Below are positions 43,806 to 53,205 of a DNA stretch of 64,000 bases, one piece after another; within the stretch, counting starts at the first letter, position 1, and every line of letters begins with the position of its first letter. A program made the position numbers and the translations under genes. The DNA is from an uncultured Stenotrophomonas sp. (lineage in GTDB: Bacteria > Pseudomonadota > Gammaproteobacteria > Xanthomonadales > Xanthomonadaceae). The DNA is taken from assembly GCF_913775725.1 (NCBI RefSeq), contig NZ_CAJYNG010000014.1. One strand, 5' to 3'. The notes beneath the pieces were generated by a model. That model did not search any database. It saw only the letters and a list, made by a program, of their open reading frames with translations, and was not told the DNA's origin.

Positions 43806-44684
43806 ATGCAACACCGCAATGGACGCACCGGGGCACTGGCCGCCCTGCTCTGCCTGGGCCTGGTGGCCTGCCAGACCCTGCCCCCGCCTTCTACGCTGCC
43901 GCAGTCCCAGCAGCAGGCATTGGAACAACGCGGAACCGACGGCAGCTTCGAAGGTGCCTTTGATACTGCGGAGACCTTCGAACGCTTCAACGATCCGCGC
44001 GCCATCGCCTACTACGAGCGTGCCGCAGCGGTCACCCCCTGGACCTTCCACAACACCAAGGCGGAAGAAGCACTGGGCAGGATCTGGATCTCCGGCGCGC
44101 TGCGCCATGCCGACAGCCCCCACATCAACCCGGCACCGGTGCTGCGCGCATCCTGGCGACGTGGCGAACGCGCCTATCTGGCAGCTGCCAACCAGGGCAA
44201 TCCCTATGCGTTCTTCGGGCTCGCCAAGGCCTATCGTCAGCGTGGCGACGCGCAACAGGCGCTGCGCTGGGACCTGCGCGGAATGATCTACGAGCGCTAC
44301 CCGAGTTCATCGTCACGGCTACCGGATGCGGTGGCCGCACAGGGTGACACCGTGCATCCGCTGGTTGCGCAGATCCAGCGTCGCGCCGAACGTGGCGATG
44401 CCGAAGCGCAGGTGGACCTGGGCGCACTGCTGGAGAAAGGCATGGGACTGCCGCGCGATCCGGCGCGTGCGCTGCAGCTGTACCAGCGCGCCGGTGAGAA
44501 GGGCAATGTGTTCGGCCAGTACTTCGCCGGGCTGCTGCTGGGCCGCAGTGCGCCAGGGGTGGAGAAGGACACCGAGGCCGCGGCACGCTGGTTTGCCAAG
44601 GCCGAGGCGCAGCACTTCTACATGGCCGCGCCGAGTTACTGGAAGAAGGCGGTCGAGCCGCCGTTCTTCATTTTTTCAGAGTAG
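43806..44684 (+). CDS. Sel1-repeat (TPR-like) lipoprotein
   Basis: Lipobox LGLVAC. It carries Sel1 repeats (e.g. AEAQVDLGALLEKGMGLPRDPARALQLYQRAGEKGNVFGQYFAGLLL). The TAG stop lies inside a SMAG repeat. Confidence 0.8.
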   Translation: MQHRNGRTGALAALLCLGLVACQTLPPPSTLPQSQQQALEQRGTDGSFEGAFDTAETFERFNDPRAIAYYERAAAVTPWTFHNTKAEEALGRIWISGALRHADSPHINPAPVLRASWRRGERAYLAAANQGNPYAFFGLAKAYRQRGDAQQALRWDLRGMIYERYPSSSSRLPDAVAAQGDTVHPLVAQIQRRAERGDAEAQVDLGALLEKGMGLPRDPARALQLYQRAGEKGNVFGQYFAGLLLGRSAPGVEKDTEAAARWFAKAEAQHFYMAAPSYWKKAVEPPFFIFSE

Positions 44685-44747
44685 AGCCGAGCCATGCTCG
44701 GCTGCTCCTGCCGGGATAACCCAGCCGAGCATGGCTCGGCTCTACAG
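44681..44747. repeat. inverted pair of SMAG-type repeats
   Basis: Units GTAGagccgagccatgctcggct (44681-44704) and agccgagcatggctcggctCTACag (44723-44747). Confidence 0.85.
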
Positions 44748-44769
44748 GAAAGCAGTGCCGGCGAAAGGC

Positions 44770-44795
44770 ATGCCGACCAACGGTCGGCACCCACC
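44770..44795. repeat. palindromic repeat of the GCCGACC family
   Basis: Sequence atgccgaccaacggtcggcacccacc. Confidence 0.75.
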
Positions 44796-44804
44796 GTCGC
44801 AGCG

Positions 44805-45932
44805 TCACGCCAGCAGCCGTTCCACCAGGCGCTGGTACAGCCCCGGCAACGCGTCCAGATCGTCCACGCGCACGTTCTCGTCCACCTGATGGATGCTGGC
44901 GTTGACCGGCCCCACTTCGATGCACTGCGCACCCAGCGGCGCGATGAAGCGTGCATCGGACGTGCCGCCGCCGGTGCTTTCTTCCGGGGCACGGCCGATG
45001 TGCTCGGCCAGCACCGCACGCGCGGTGGCGCGCAGCGTGCCTTCCGGGGTGTAGAACGGCTCGCCGCTGCGGTGCCACTTCAGCGTGTACTGCAGGTCAT
45101 GCCGGTCCAGCAGTGCGGCGATCTCCGCCTCCAGCTTCGGCGCGTCCCAGTGCGGGTTGTAGCGGATGTTGAAATCCACTTCGAGCTCGCCGGGAATCAC
45201 GTTGTTGGCACCGGTGCCGGCGTGGATGTTGGAGACCTGCAGGCTGGTCGGCGGGAAACTCTCGTAGCCTTCGTCCCAGCGCCGCGCGCTCAGTTCGGCC
45301 AGGGCCGGAGCGGCCTGGTGAATCGGGTTGCGTGCTTTCTCCGGATACGCCACGTGGCCCTGCACGCCCTGCACGCGCAGCTTGGCCGACAGGCTGCCAC
45401 GACGTCCCACGCGCAGCAGGTCGCCCAGGATCGCGGTCGATGACGGCTCGCCGGTGATGCACCAGTCGATGCGCTGGCCGCGCTCGGCGAACAGGCGCGC
45501 GACGTGGCGCACGCCATCGATGGCGTCGCCTTCCTCGTCGCTGGTCAGCAGCACCGCCAGCGTACCGGGGTGATCGGGATGCGCGGCGACGAACTGCTCG
45601 GCGGCGACCACGAACGCGGCCACGCTGCCCTTCATGTCGGCGGCGCCACGCCCATACAGCACGCCATCGCGGATCTGCGGCGTGAACGGGTCGCTGGTCC
45701 AGGCCTCGCGCGGACCCGTCGGCACCACGTCGGTATGGCCCAGCAGTACCAGTACCGGCGCGCCATGGCCGTGGGTCGCCCACAGGTTGTCGACGTCGCC
45801 CAGGCGAAGGTGATCGCACTGGAACCCGGCCTGCTTCAGGCGTGCCGCCAGCAGTGCCTGGCAGCCGGCATCATCCGGCGTCACCGAGCGTCGTGCGATC
45901 AGTTCGCAGGTCAGGTCGAGGACTGCGCTCAT
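44805..45932 (-). CDS. dapE: succinyl-diaminopimelate desuccinylase
   Basis: 375-aa M20 peptidase. It has [18 protein letters not shown] and SDEEG. Its start overlaps the stop of the arsC-family gene (ATGA). Confidence 0.92.
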   Translation of the reverse strand: MSAVLDLTCELIARRSVTPDDAGCQALLAARLKQAGFQCDHLRLGDVDNLWATHGHGAPVLVLLGHTDVVPTGPREAWTSDPFTPQIRDGVLYGRGAADMKGSVAAFVVAAEQFVAAHPDHPGTLAVLLTSDEEGDAIDGVRHVARLFAERGQRIDWCITGEPSSTAILGDLLRVGRRGSLSAKLRVQGVQGHVAYPEKARNPIHQAAPALAELSARRWDEGYESFPPTSLQVSNIHAGTGANNVIPGELEVDFNIRYNPHWDAPKLEAEIAALLDRHDLQYTLKWHRSGEPFYTPEGTLRATARAVLAEHIGRAPEESTGGGTSDARFIAPLGAQCIEVGPVNASIHQVDENVRVDDLDALPGLYQRLVERLLA

Positions 45933-46294
45933 GCGTCACCCACACCGAAGCGGGCCTTGAAGCCGTTGTCACTGAAGCCCTGGCTGACCGTGCCATCGGC
46001 GGTGACCACCAGCGGGCGCTTGATCAGCTGCGGGTACTCGCGCAGCAGCAGCTTCCATTCGGCATCGGACTCGGCCGCCTTGCGGTTGTCCGGCAGCTGC
46101 CGCCAGGTGGTGGAGGACTTGTTGACCATCGCGGCCAGGCCACCCAGCTGCTCAGCCCACGCCAGCAGCGTTTCCGGGCTGGGTTTGTTGTCGCGGTAGT
46201 CGACGAAGGTGTACGGCACGCCGAAGCGGTCCAGCCACTTGGTCGCCTTCTTGCAGGTATCGCAGTTCTTCAAACCGTAGACAGTGGTGCTCAT
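45929..46294 (-). CDS. ArsC/Spx-family (YffB-like) small thioredoxin-fold protein
   Basis: Start [21 protein letters not shown] (ATG 46294). It has a single CxxC-like N-terminal motif and KRPL near the C-terminus. It is 121 aa. Confidence 0.85.
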   Translation of the reverse strand: MSTTVYGLKNCDTCKKATKWLDRFGVPYTFVDYRDNKPSPETLLAWAEQLGGLAAMVNKSSTTWRQLPDNRKAAESDAEWKLLLREYPQLIKRPLVVTADGTVSQGFSDNGFKARFGVGDA

Positions 46295-46331
46295 GGCCAT
46301 CTGTGATGCTGGAAAACAGAGGGCCAGAATC

Positions 46332-47198
46332 TCACAACAGGCGCTCGGACACGACCCGAAACGGCACCCGCGGCAGCCGGAAGGCCAGCCCCTCGTGCAA
46401 CGCCACGCCCATCGCCTGCAGGCGCGGGCACTGCAGTTCGTCTTCCAGCTGCAGCGGCTGCAGGCGGTCGATCTCCACCGGCAACGCGATGCGGGTGCTG
46501 GCCCAATGCCCGTCGCAGGTACGGGCAATGGCCTCGTCCTGGCAGGTCAGGAAGCGCAGCAGGGCCTGATGGCCACCGAAGGCAGCCGTCCACGCCGCAT
46601 CTTCCCAGTCCGCAGCGGCCTGCCACTTCAGGTGCAGCCCAGGTGCACTGCCCTGCCCGCCTTCGATCCGGGTGTGCCCACCGCCATCGGCGCCCACCAC
46701 ATGCTCGAAGCGTGTGGACAGATGCGGCTGCATGGCATCGCTGAAAGCGCGCGCGCCCGCCACGAAGGCCAGCTGGTCCATCACGTTGCGGTCGAACAAC
46801 ACCACCGGTGTCCCGCCCGGATCGTCGTCACGGCGCAGGTACCAGCGCCAGTTGCTCTGCCTTGGGGACGGCATCAAAGAACGCAGCGGCCCGGCCAGCG
46901 CTGGCCCGAAATGGCCGTGACGGTAGCTGAGGATGGTGTAAGGCGTACGTCCGGCATGGACCACGTAATGATGGCCCGGCGGTGGCGATGGTGCGTGGCG
47001 CACGTCGACCCACCAGCTCACGTAGACCACGTCGCGCACATCACTGACCAGCGCCGGCATCGGCCAGCGCCGCGACAGTGCGCGGCGCAGCCGGGTCCAG
47101 CGCGGGGCGTGCAGCAGGCGCGGCAGCATCCGCCCGAACAGGGTGTCGGACGGATGCTGGTAGATCGCGGACTGCGCCAGATCTTCCGGCGCAGCCAC
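46332..47198 (-). CDS. conserved hypothetical protein (possibly DUF2071-like); embedded in the dapD-dapE string
   Basis: 288-aa ORF with a GTG start 3 nt after the dapD stop. GC3-rich codon usage and tight packing support that it is coding. The family assignment is only a weak recollection. Confidence 0.55.
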   Translation of the reverse strand: MAAPEDLAQSAIYQHPSDTLFGRMLPRLLHAPRWTRLRRALSRRWPMPALVSDVRDVVYVSWWVDVRHAPSPPPGHHYVVHAGRTPYTILSYRHGHFGPALAGPLRSLMPSPRQSNWRWYLRRDDDPGGTPVVLFDRNVMDQLAFVAGARAFSDAMQPHLSTRFEHVVGADGGGHTRIEGGQGSAPGLHLKWQAAADWEDAAWTAAFGGHQALLRFLTCQDEAIARTCDGHWASTRIALPVEIDRLQPLQLEDELQCPRLQAMGVALHEGLAFRLPRVPFRVVSERLL

Positions 47199-47200
47199 CT

Positions 47201-48280
47201 TCAGTCGGCCAGGCCGCGCAGCAGGTCGTTGACGCTGGTCTTGCTGCGGGTCTTGGCATCAACCTGCTTGACGATCACCGCGCAGTACAGCGAATGGGTA
47301 CCGTCCTTGCTCGGCAGCGAGCCGGACACCACCACGCTGTACGGCGGGATGTAGCCGTAGGTGATTTCGCCGGTGGCACGGTTGTAGATGCGGGTGCTCT
47401 GGCTGAGGAACACGCCCATGCCGATCACGCTGTGGTGGCCGACGACCACGCCTTCCACCACTTCCGAACGCGCACCGATGAAGCAGTGGTCCTCGATGAT
47501 GGTCGGGCTGGCCTGCAGCGGCTCCAGTACGCCGCCGATGCCAGCGCCGCCGGACAGGTGGCAGTGCTGACCGATCTGCGCACAGGAACCGACGGTGGCC
47601 CAGGTATCGACCATGGTGCCTTCGCCGACGTAGGCGCCGATGTTGGTGAAGCTCGGCATCAGCACCACGTCCTTGCCGAAGTAGGTGCCGCGGCGGGCAA
47701 TCGCGCCCGGCACCACGCGCACGCCGCCACGGCGGAACTTCGCCTCGTCATAGCCGGCGAAGCGCGATTCGACCTTGTCCCAGAACGGCGCCGGGCGGGC
47801 ATCGACCACGGCCATGTCGTTGACGCGGAAGTACAGCAGCACGGCCTTCTTCAACCATTCGTTGACCTTCCAGCCGCCCTGGCCGTCCGGCTCGGCGACG
47901 CGGAATTCACCGCTTTCCAGGCCATCGATCACGCGGTTGACCAGCGGCTTGGTCGAACCTTCCAGTTCGTGCAGGGTCAGCGTGGCCCGGCGCTCGAACG
48001 CACTCTCGATGCCGAACTTCAGTTCTTCCACGCCCGGTGTCGACGGCTTGCGCAGCGACTTGCGGGCGATGGTTTCGGCGCGGACGGCTTCGGCGCTCTT
48101 GGCCGGCGCCGGCTTCTTCACAGCACGCTTCACCGCAGCCGCTTTCTTCGCCGGGGCCTTCACCGCAGCGGCCTTCTTCAGCGCGGTGGTCTTCTTCGCG
48201 GCCGGTGCGGCGGCAGCAGGTTTCCGGGCCGCTGCGCTCTTGGGGGTCGCGGCGGTCTTCTTGGCGGGCTTGGTGGCCAT
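47201..48280 (-). CDS. dapD: 2,3,4,5-tetrahydropyridine-2,6-dicarboxylate N-succinyltransferase with ~83-aa Lys/Ala/Pro-rich N-terminal extension
   Basis: From [12 protein letters not shown] onward it is colinear with E. coli DapD ([53 protein letters not shown]). ATG 48280 overlaps the glnD stop (TGATG). An in-frame GTG at 48031 would give the canonical length. Confidence 0.9.
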   Translation of the reverse strand: MATKPAKKTAATPKSAAARKPAAAAPAAKKTTALKKAAAVKAPAKKAAAVKRAVKKPAPAKSAEAVRAETIARKSLRKPSTPGVEELKFGIESAFERRATLTLHELEGSTKPLVNRVIDGLESGEFRVAEPDGQGGWKVNEWLKKAVLLYFRVNDMAVVDARPAPFWDKVESRFAGYDEAKFRRGGVRVVPGAIARRGTYFGKDVVLMPSFTNIGAYVGEGTMVDTWATVGSCAQIGQHCHLSGGAGIGGVLEPLQASPTIIEDHCFIGARSEVVEGVVVGHHSVIGMGVFLSQSTRIYNRATGEITYGYIPPYSVVVSGSLPSKDGTHSLYCAVIVKQVDAKTRSKTSVNDLLRGLAD

Positions 48281-50907
48281 CAGGCGGGGTCTCCGGCGTT
48301 TCGATCAGGGTCCAGGCAGGCCAGCATCGCGTCATGCAGCTGCTGCCGGGCAGGTTCAGTCAGGGGGAGGTCGTGTTCGTCACTGATCACGAAGGTGTCT
48401 TCGGCGCGTTCGCCGAACGTGGCAATGCGCGCATCATGCACGCGCAGGCCCTGGTTGCGCAGCACGAACGCCACATCGGCCAGCAGGCCGGGGCGGTCGG
48501 GGGCGACCAGGGCAAAACGGGTTGCGCCCGGCTCATCGCGGAACTCGATGCGCGGGGCGAAGCGGAAGTGCCGCAGCTGCCGTGGCACCACCCGGCGTGA
48601 CGGCCGCAGGCGCGACAGGTCACCGCTGAGTGCCTCGCGCAGCGCCGCTTCCAGGTTGGCACTGCTGCCATCGGCGAAGGTATCGGCCGGGTTCACTTCG
48701 AAGGTATCGAAGATGGTATCGCCCGGACCGTCCAGCACGCGTGCGCGGTGGATGCCGTAGCCCTTGCGGTCCAGCGTCATCACGATCGCTGCGAACAGGC
48801 CGTCGCGGTCCGGCGAATGCACGAATACTTCCAGCGCGGGGTCGTCGACACTGATCCGGCGTACCTTCACCAGCGCCTGGCCCTGCTTCACCGGCACCAG
48901 CGCGGCGGCCTGCCAGGCCAGCTGTTCCGGGCGCAGGCGGATGAAGCCCTCATCAGGCATCACCGCGAACTGGCGGTCGATGGTGGCATCGTCGTAACCC
49001 CGTTCGCGCACCAGCGCGCGCACGCTGTCGCGCGCCTCGGCCACGCGCTCGGCCGCCGGCACCGGGTGCTCCAGCCCCTCGCGCAACGCGCGCCGGGTGG
49101 CGAAGTACAGGTCGGCCAGCAGGCGGTCCTTCCATGCATTCCACAGCTTGGGGCTGGTGCCGGCGATGTCGGCGCAGGTCAGCAGGTACAGATAGTCGAG
49201 GCGGTCGCGGCTGCCGACCAGGGTGGCGAAGCGATGGATCACCACCGGGTCGGCGATGTCCTGCTTCTGCGCGGTCACCGACATGCGTAGGTGCTGTTCG
49301 ACCAGCCATGCCACCAGCTCGGTATCGGTGCCACTCAGCGCATGCGCCTGACAGAACGCACGCGCGTCCACCGCCCCCAGTTCCGAGTGGTCGCCACCAC
49401 GGCCCTTGGCGATGTCATGGAACAGGCCGGCCAGCAGCAGCAGTTCCGGCTTGCGCAGGCGCGGCCACACTTCGTGCGCGATCGAGAAGCGCTCGTCGGC
49501 ACGGCTGCTGGCAAACAGGCCGATGTTGCGCAGGACCATCAGCGTGTGCTGGTCGACGGTGTAGACATGGAACAGGTCGAACTGCATGCGCCCGCTGACC
49601 TGGGCGAAAGCGGGAATCCACTGGCCAAGCACGCCCAGCCGCGCCATGCGCGACAGCGTATCGACCGGACGCTGACCGCGCAGCAGCGCCAGGAACTGCT
49701 CGCGTGCATCGGCATCGGCCTGGTCGTAGGCCGGCAGCAGCGGCAGCGCTTCGGCCAGCGCGCGCGCGGTCAGCGAATGCAGGCCGCGCACCTGCGGATT
49801 GTTGGCCCAGCTGGCAAACAGCGCGAACACCTGGCCGATATCGCCGCGCGGCCAGTCGGCCTCGTTGGCCGCCAGGTAGCCACGGCGCAGGGAAAAGCCC
49901 ACAGTCAGCGGCTCCGGCTGCGCCTCGCCATCGAATTGTTCCTCGAAGCGCTGCAGCAGGCGGTCGCTGATCCGGCGCACCACCAGCGCGGCGCGGTAGA
50001 AGCCCTGCATCATCTTCTCGACACCGAGGTTCTCGGCATCGTCTTCAAAACCCAGGCGTGCGGCCAGGGTCTTCTGGTAATCGAAACGCAGGCGCTCTTC
50101 CGGGCGACGCGCGACCAGGTGCAGGCCAAAGCGCAACCGCGCCAGCACCGCACGTTCGCGCTTCAGTGCTGCCGCTTCGTCGGCGCCCAGATGGCCGAGC
50201 CCGACCAGCGCCTCCAGGTCGCGCACGCCGAAGGCACGCAGTGCCATCCAGCCCAGCGTGTTCAGATCGCGCAGGCCACCCGGGCCATCCTTCAGGTCCG
50301 GCTCCAGGTTGTCGGCGGTGTCGCCGAAACGCTGGTGGCGGTTGCGCAGTTCTTCCAGCTTGGCCAGGAAGAACGCACGTGCCGGCCACAGTTCCCGATC
50401 GTCGATGGCCTCGCGCAGCGCGCGGCGCGCCGCATCGTCGGCCAGGATCGGGCGCGCCTCGATCAGCGCGGTCAGTACGGTCTGGTCCGCCGCCGCCTCA
50501 CGGCACTGCGGCGCCGAACGCACCGCATGGCTGACTGCAAGCCCGCAATCCCACAGCAGAGCGAACAAACGCGCCAGTTCCGCCTCGTGGGCAAGCTGCG
50601 CAGCAGGATCGCCGAACACCAGCAGGTCGATATCCGATCGCGGGAACAGTTCACCGCGGCCGTAGCCACCCACCGCGAACAACGACAGCCCGCTATCGGC
50701 TGGCAGGCAACGCTGCCACGCCAGGCGGATCAGATGGTCGGCGGCACGCGCGCGCAGCGCCAGCAGGCGCTCGATGTTGTCGCCCTGGTCGAAGCGGCGG
50801 TACAGGCGTGCATCAGCCTGCTGCAGCGCCTGGCGCGCGGCAGCAGCCCAGTCCGGGTCGTTGAGCGACGCGGCCGGCGTGTCCAGCAGCGAACTCGCCG
50901 GCAGCAT
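48280..50907 (-). CDS. glnD: bifunctional [protein-PII] uridylyltransferase / uridylyl-removing enzyme
   Basis: Start at M28 of the tracked ORF (ATG 50907), 2 nt after the map stop. It has a nucleotidyltransferase domain ([17 protein letters not shown]), an HD domain ([15 protein letters not shown]) and two C-terminal ACT domains. Confidence 0.92.
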   Translation of the reverse strand: MLPASSLLDTPAASLNDPDWAAAARQALQQADARLYRRFDQGDNIERLLALRARAADHLIRLAWQRCLPADSGLSLFAVGGYGRGELFPRSDIDLLVFGDPAAQLAHEAELARLFALLWDCGLAVSHAVRSAPQCREAAADQTVLTALIEARPILADDAARRALREAIDDRELWPARAFFLAKLEELRNRHQRFGDTADNLEPDLKDGPGGLRDLNTLGWMALRAFGVRDLEALVGLGHLGADEAAALKRERAVLARLRFGLHLVARRPEERLRFDYQKTLAARLGFEDDAENLGVEKMMQGFYRAALVVRRISDRLLQRFEEQFDGEAQPEPLTVGFSLRRGYLAANEADWPRGDIGQVFALFASWANNPQVRGLHSLTARALAEALPLLPAYDQADADAREQFLALLRGQRPVDTLSRMARLGVLGQWIPAFAQVSGRMQFDLFHVYTVDQHTLMVLRNIGLFASSRADERFSIAHEVWPRLRKPELLLLAGLFHDIAKGRGGDHSELGAVDARAFCQAHALSGTDTELVAWLVEQHLRMSVTAQKQDIADPVVIHRFATLVGSRDRLDYLYLLTCADIAGTSPKLWNAWKDRLLADLYFATRRALREGLEHPVPAAERVAEARDSVRALVRERGYDDATIDRQFAVMPDEGFIRLRPEQLAWQAAALVPVKQGQALVKVRRISVDDPALEVFVHSPDRDGLFAAIVMTLDRKGYGIHRARVLDGPGDTIFDTFEVNPADTFADGSSANLEAALREALSGDLSRLRPSRRVVPRQLRHFRFAPRIEFRDEPGATRFALVAPDRPGLLADVAFVLRNQGLRVHDARIATFGERAEDTFVISDEHDLPLTEPARQQLHDAMLACLDPDRNAGDPA

Positions 50908-50909
50908 CT

Positions 50910-51686
50910 TCAGGAGACCTGCGACTCGCCCGGCGACAGGGTCAGCACGTCCACGCCGGTCTCGGTGACCGCGATCATGTGCTCCCACTGCGCCGACAGC
51001 TTGCGGTCCTTGGTCACCACGGTCCAGCCATCCGGCAGCACCTTGTTGTAGCGGGTGCCCTCGTTGATCATCGGCTCGATGGTGAAGGTCATGCCGGGCT
51101 GCAGCACCAGGCCCTGGCCCGGGCGGCCGTAATGCACCACCTGCGGCTCATCGTGGTAGACCTTGCCGATGCCGTGGCCGCAGTACTCGCGCACCACGCT
51201 GAAACGCTCGCCTTCGGCATAGCTCTGGATGGCATGGCCGATGTCGCCCAGGGTGGCGCCCGGTCGTACCGCGCGGATGCCGCGCCACATGGCTTCGTAG
51301 GTGGTTTCCACCAGGCGGCGGGCCATCACTGACGGGGTGCCGACGAAGTACATGCGGCTGGTGTCGCCGTGCCAGCCATCCTTGATGACGGTGACGTCGA
51401 TGTTGATGATGTCGCCATCCTTGAGCACCTTCCCTTCGCTGGGGATGCCATGGCAGATGACGTTGTTGACCGAGGTGCACACGGTCTTCGGGAAGCCGCG
51501 GTAGCCGACGTTGGCCGGAATGGCGCCCTGCACGTTCACGATGTGGTCGTGGCAGATGCGGTCCAGTTCCTCGGTGGTGACACCGGGCTTGACGTGGGGG
51601 GTGACGATGTCGAGCACTTCGCTGGCCAGGCGGCCGGCGATTCGCATCATCTCGATTTCCTGCGGGGTTTTCAGATTCACGCTCAT
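50910..51686 (-). CDS. map: type I methionine aminopeptidase
   Basis: Start at M49 of the tracked ORF (MSVNLKTPQEIEMMR aligns with E. coli MAISIKTPEDIEKMR). Metal-ligand blocks are present: DGDIINIDVTV, GHGIG, FTIEP, AQWEHM. Confidence 0.93.
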   Translation of the reverse strand: MSVNLKTPQEIEMMRIAGRLASEVLDIVTPHVKPGVTTEELDRICHDHIVNVQGAIPANVGYRGFPKTVCTSVNNVICHGIPSEGKVLKDGDIINIDVTVIKDGWHGDTSRMYFVGTPSVMARRLVETTYEAMWRGIRAVRPGATLGDIGHAIQSYAEGERFSVVREYCGHGIGKVYHDEPQVVHYGRPGQGLVLQPGMTFTIEPMINEGTRYNKVLPDGWTVVTKDRKLSAQWEHMIAVTETGVDVLTLSPGESQVS

Positions 51687-51925
51687 GGCCCCCATTATCG
51701 CCGATCCGGCCGCAATCTGAACGAACGCCACCCAACTGGCGATCCGGGCGATGCACGCTTCCGGCAAGGAAAGTGAAAGCGTGATGGCCGCCACCCTTTC
51801 GCCTCCCTGTTTATCACGGAATACAGACACTTACGCCACCTAAGCTGGGGTCACCGTCGCCGAAGCGGTGCCGAACGTGCCGCCTTCGCCTTGTTCAACG
51901 GACCTTCGGGTCAGGGAGGTTGTCC

Positions 51926-52456
51926 ATGCGATCCGCGCTTCGTTCCCCGCTTGCCTGGGCCTTGGCAGGGGTCCTGCTGTCCAGCCCGGCCCTGGCCGCC
52001 GACACCACCACGTTCAACGTCACCCTGGTGGTCACCAAGGCCTGCACCATCACCGCCGCTGCGGCGACCAACGTCGACTTCGGCACCGCCGCCTCGACCA
52101 CCGCTACCCCTACCCTGGGCCAGGGCACGGTGACCGCGCAATGCTCGGCCCTGACCCCGTACACGATTTCACTGAATGCGGGAGCCAACGCCAGCACCGC
52201 CAATGACGTCACCACCCGCCGGATGAAAAACACCAACGCCGCGGTGACCGCCAACAACTTCGTGGGCTACCAGCTGTACCAGGATGCCGCGCACACCCTG
52301 GTCTGGGGTTCCACCTCCGGCACCAACACCCAGGCCGGCATCGGCACCGGCCTGGCCGTGCCTTACATCGTCTACGGCCAGATCCTCAACCTGAGCACCA
52401 ACAACCCGGCCACCGGTAACTACCTGGATACGGTCACCGCCACGATCACCTATTGA
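51926..52456 (+). CDS. SCPU (spore-coat-protein-U) domain major pilin of a Csu-type (archaic) chaperone-usher pilus
   Basis: ATG 51926 has GGGAGG 6 nt upstream. Signal peptide MRSALRSPLAWALAGVLLSSPALA. SCPU hallmarks are present: a Cys pair (TKACTIT...TAQC), RRM, YQLYQD and the C-terminal TATITY. Confidence 0.85.
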   Translation: MRSALRSPLAWALAGVLLSSPALAADTTTFNVTLVVTKACTITAAAATNVDFGTAASTTATPTLGQGTVTAQCSALTPYTISLNAGANASTANDVTTRRMKNTNAAVTANNFVGYQLYQDAAHTLVWGSTSGTNTQAGIGTGLAVPYIVYGQILNLSTNNPATGNYLDTVTATITY

Positions 52457-53205
52457 TGGAGCACGCCCGCATGGCCGGACCCCGCCCGTGGCGCGCCACC
52501 GGCGTGGCGCTGCTCGCCCTGTGTCTGCTGGTGACCTCTACCGCAGGTGCCACCAGCCTGCAGGTCGCCCCCACCATTCTGCAGCTGGAAGCCCGCCAGC
52601 GTGCCGGCGAGCTGTGGCTGACCAACAGCGGCACCTCGCCGGTGAAGCTGCAGGTACGCGTCTTCCGCTGGGTGCAGCAGGGCGGCCAGGAGCAACTGCT
52701 GCCCACCGATGAATTGATGGCCTCCCCGCCGATGCAGGAGCTGGCCGCCGGCCAGCAGCAGCTGGTGCGGGTGATGCGCCCGACCCGGGAGCCCCCCTCG
52801 GCGCAGCGGTATTACCGCCTGATCGTGGACGAGGTGCCGGACCTGGCCACCCGTGCCGAGGGCATGCAGTTCGTCCTTCGCTACTCGATCCCAGTGTTCG
52901 TACAACCCGCGTCCGGCAAGCTCGCCCCGCAGCTGCAGGCGCGCCTGGTAACACTGGACGATGGCCGCAACGGCGTCGAGGTGGCCAATTCGGGCAACAG
53001 CTACGCACAGATTGCCGATCTCGCACTCGGCAGCGTCAAGCGCCCGCGCATCGTGCACCCCGGCCTGCTGGGCTATGTCCTCCCCGGCCAGGTGATGCGC
53101 TGGCCGATCGAGCGCATGGCGATCGACCGCGACAACGACCAGATCACGGCCAAGCTCAATGGCGAGTCGGAACAGACGCCGCTGTCGCCCCCATCGGCTC
53201 GCTGA
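52456..53205 (+). CDS. PapD-like periplasmic pilus chaperone (CsuC-like)
   Basis: ATG 52456 overlaps the pilin stop (TGATG). It has a signal peptide, then LQVAPTILQL...ELWLTNSGTSPVKLQVRVF. The position between pilin and usher fits a chaperone. Confidence 0.8.
   Translation: MEHARMAGPRPWRATGVALLALCLLVTSTAGATSLQVAPTILQLEARQRAGELWLTNSGTSPVKLQVRVFRWVQQGGQEQLLPTDELMASPPMQELAAGQQQLVRVMRPTREPPSAQRYYRLIVDEVPDLATRAEGMQFVLRYSIPVFVQPASGKLAPQLQARLVTLDDGRNGVEVANSGNSYAQIADLALGSVKRPRIVHPGLLGYVLPGQVMRWPIERMAIDRDNDQITAKLNGESEQTPLSPPSAR

Noticed and set aside
43607-44005. 132-aa minus-strand ORF in the track.
   Set aside because: Most of it is antisense to the Sel1 gene and its promoter. Only the last 33 codons, from the internal ATG at 43708, make biological sense, as the Asn-rich leader peptide.
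48029-48031. Internal GTG as the true dapD start, which would remove the Lys/Ala/Pro tail.
   Set aside because: This was not adopted as the primary call. ATG 48280 is exactly coupled to the glnD stop, the 83 upstream codons keep GC3-rich coding character, and the GTG has no clear SD. It is kept as the explicit alternative in the finding.
49291-51051. 586-aa plus-strand ORF.
   Set aside because: It is antisense to glnD and map.
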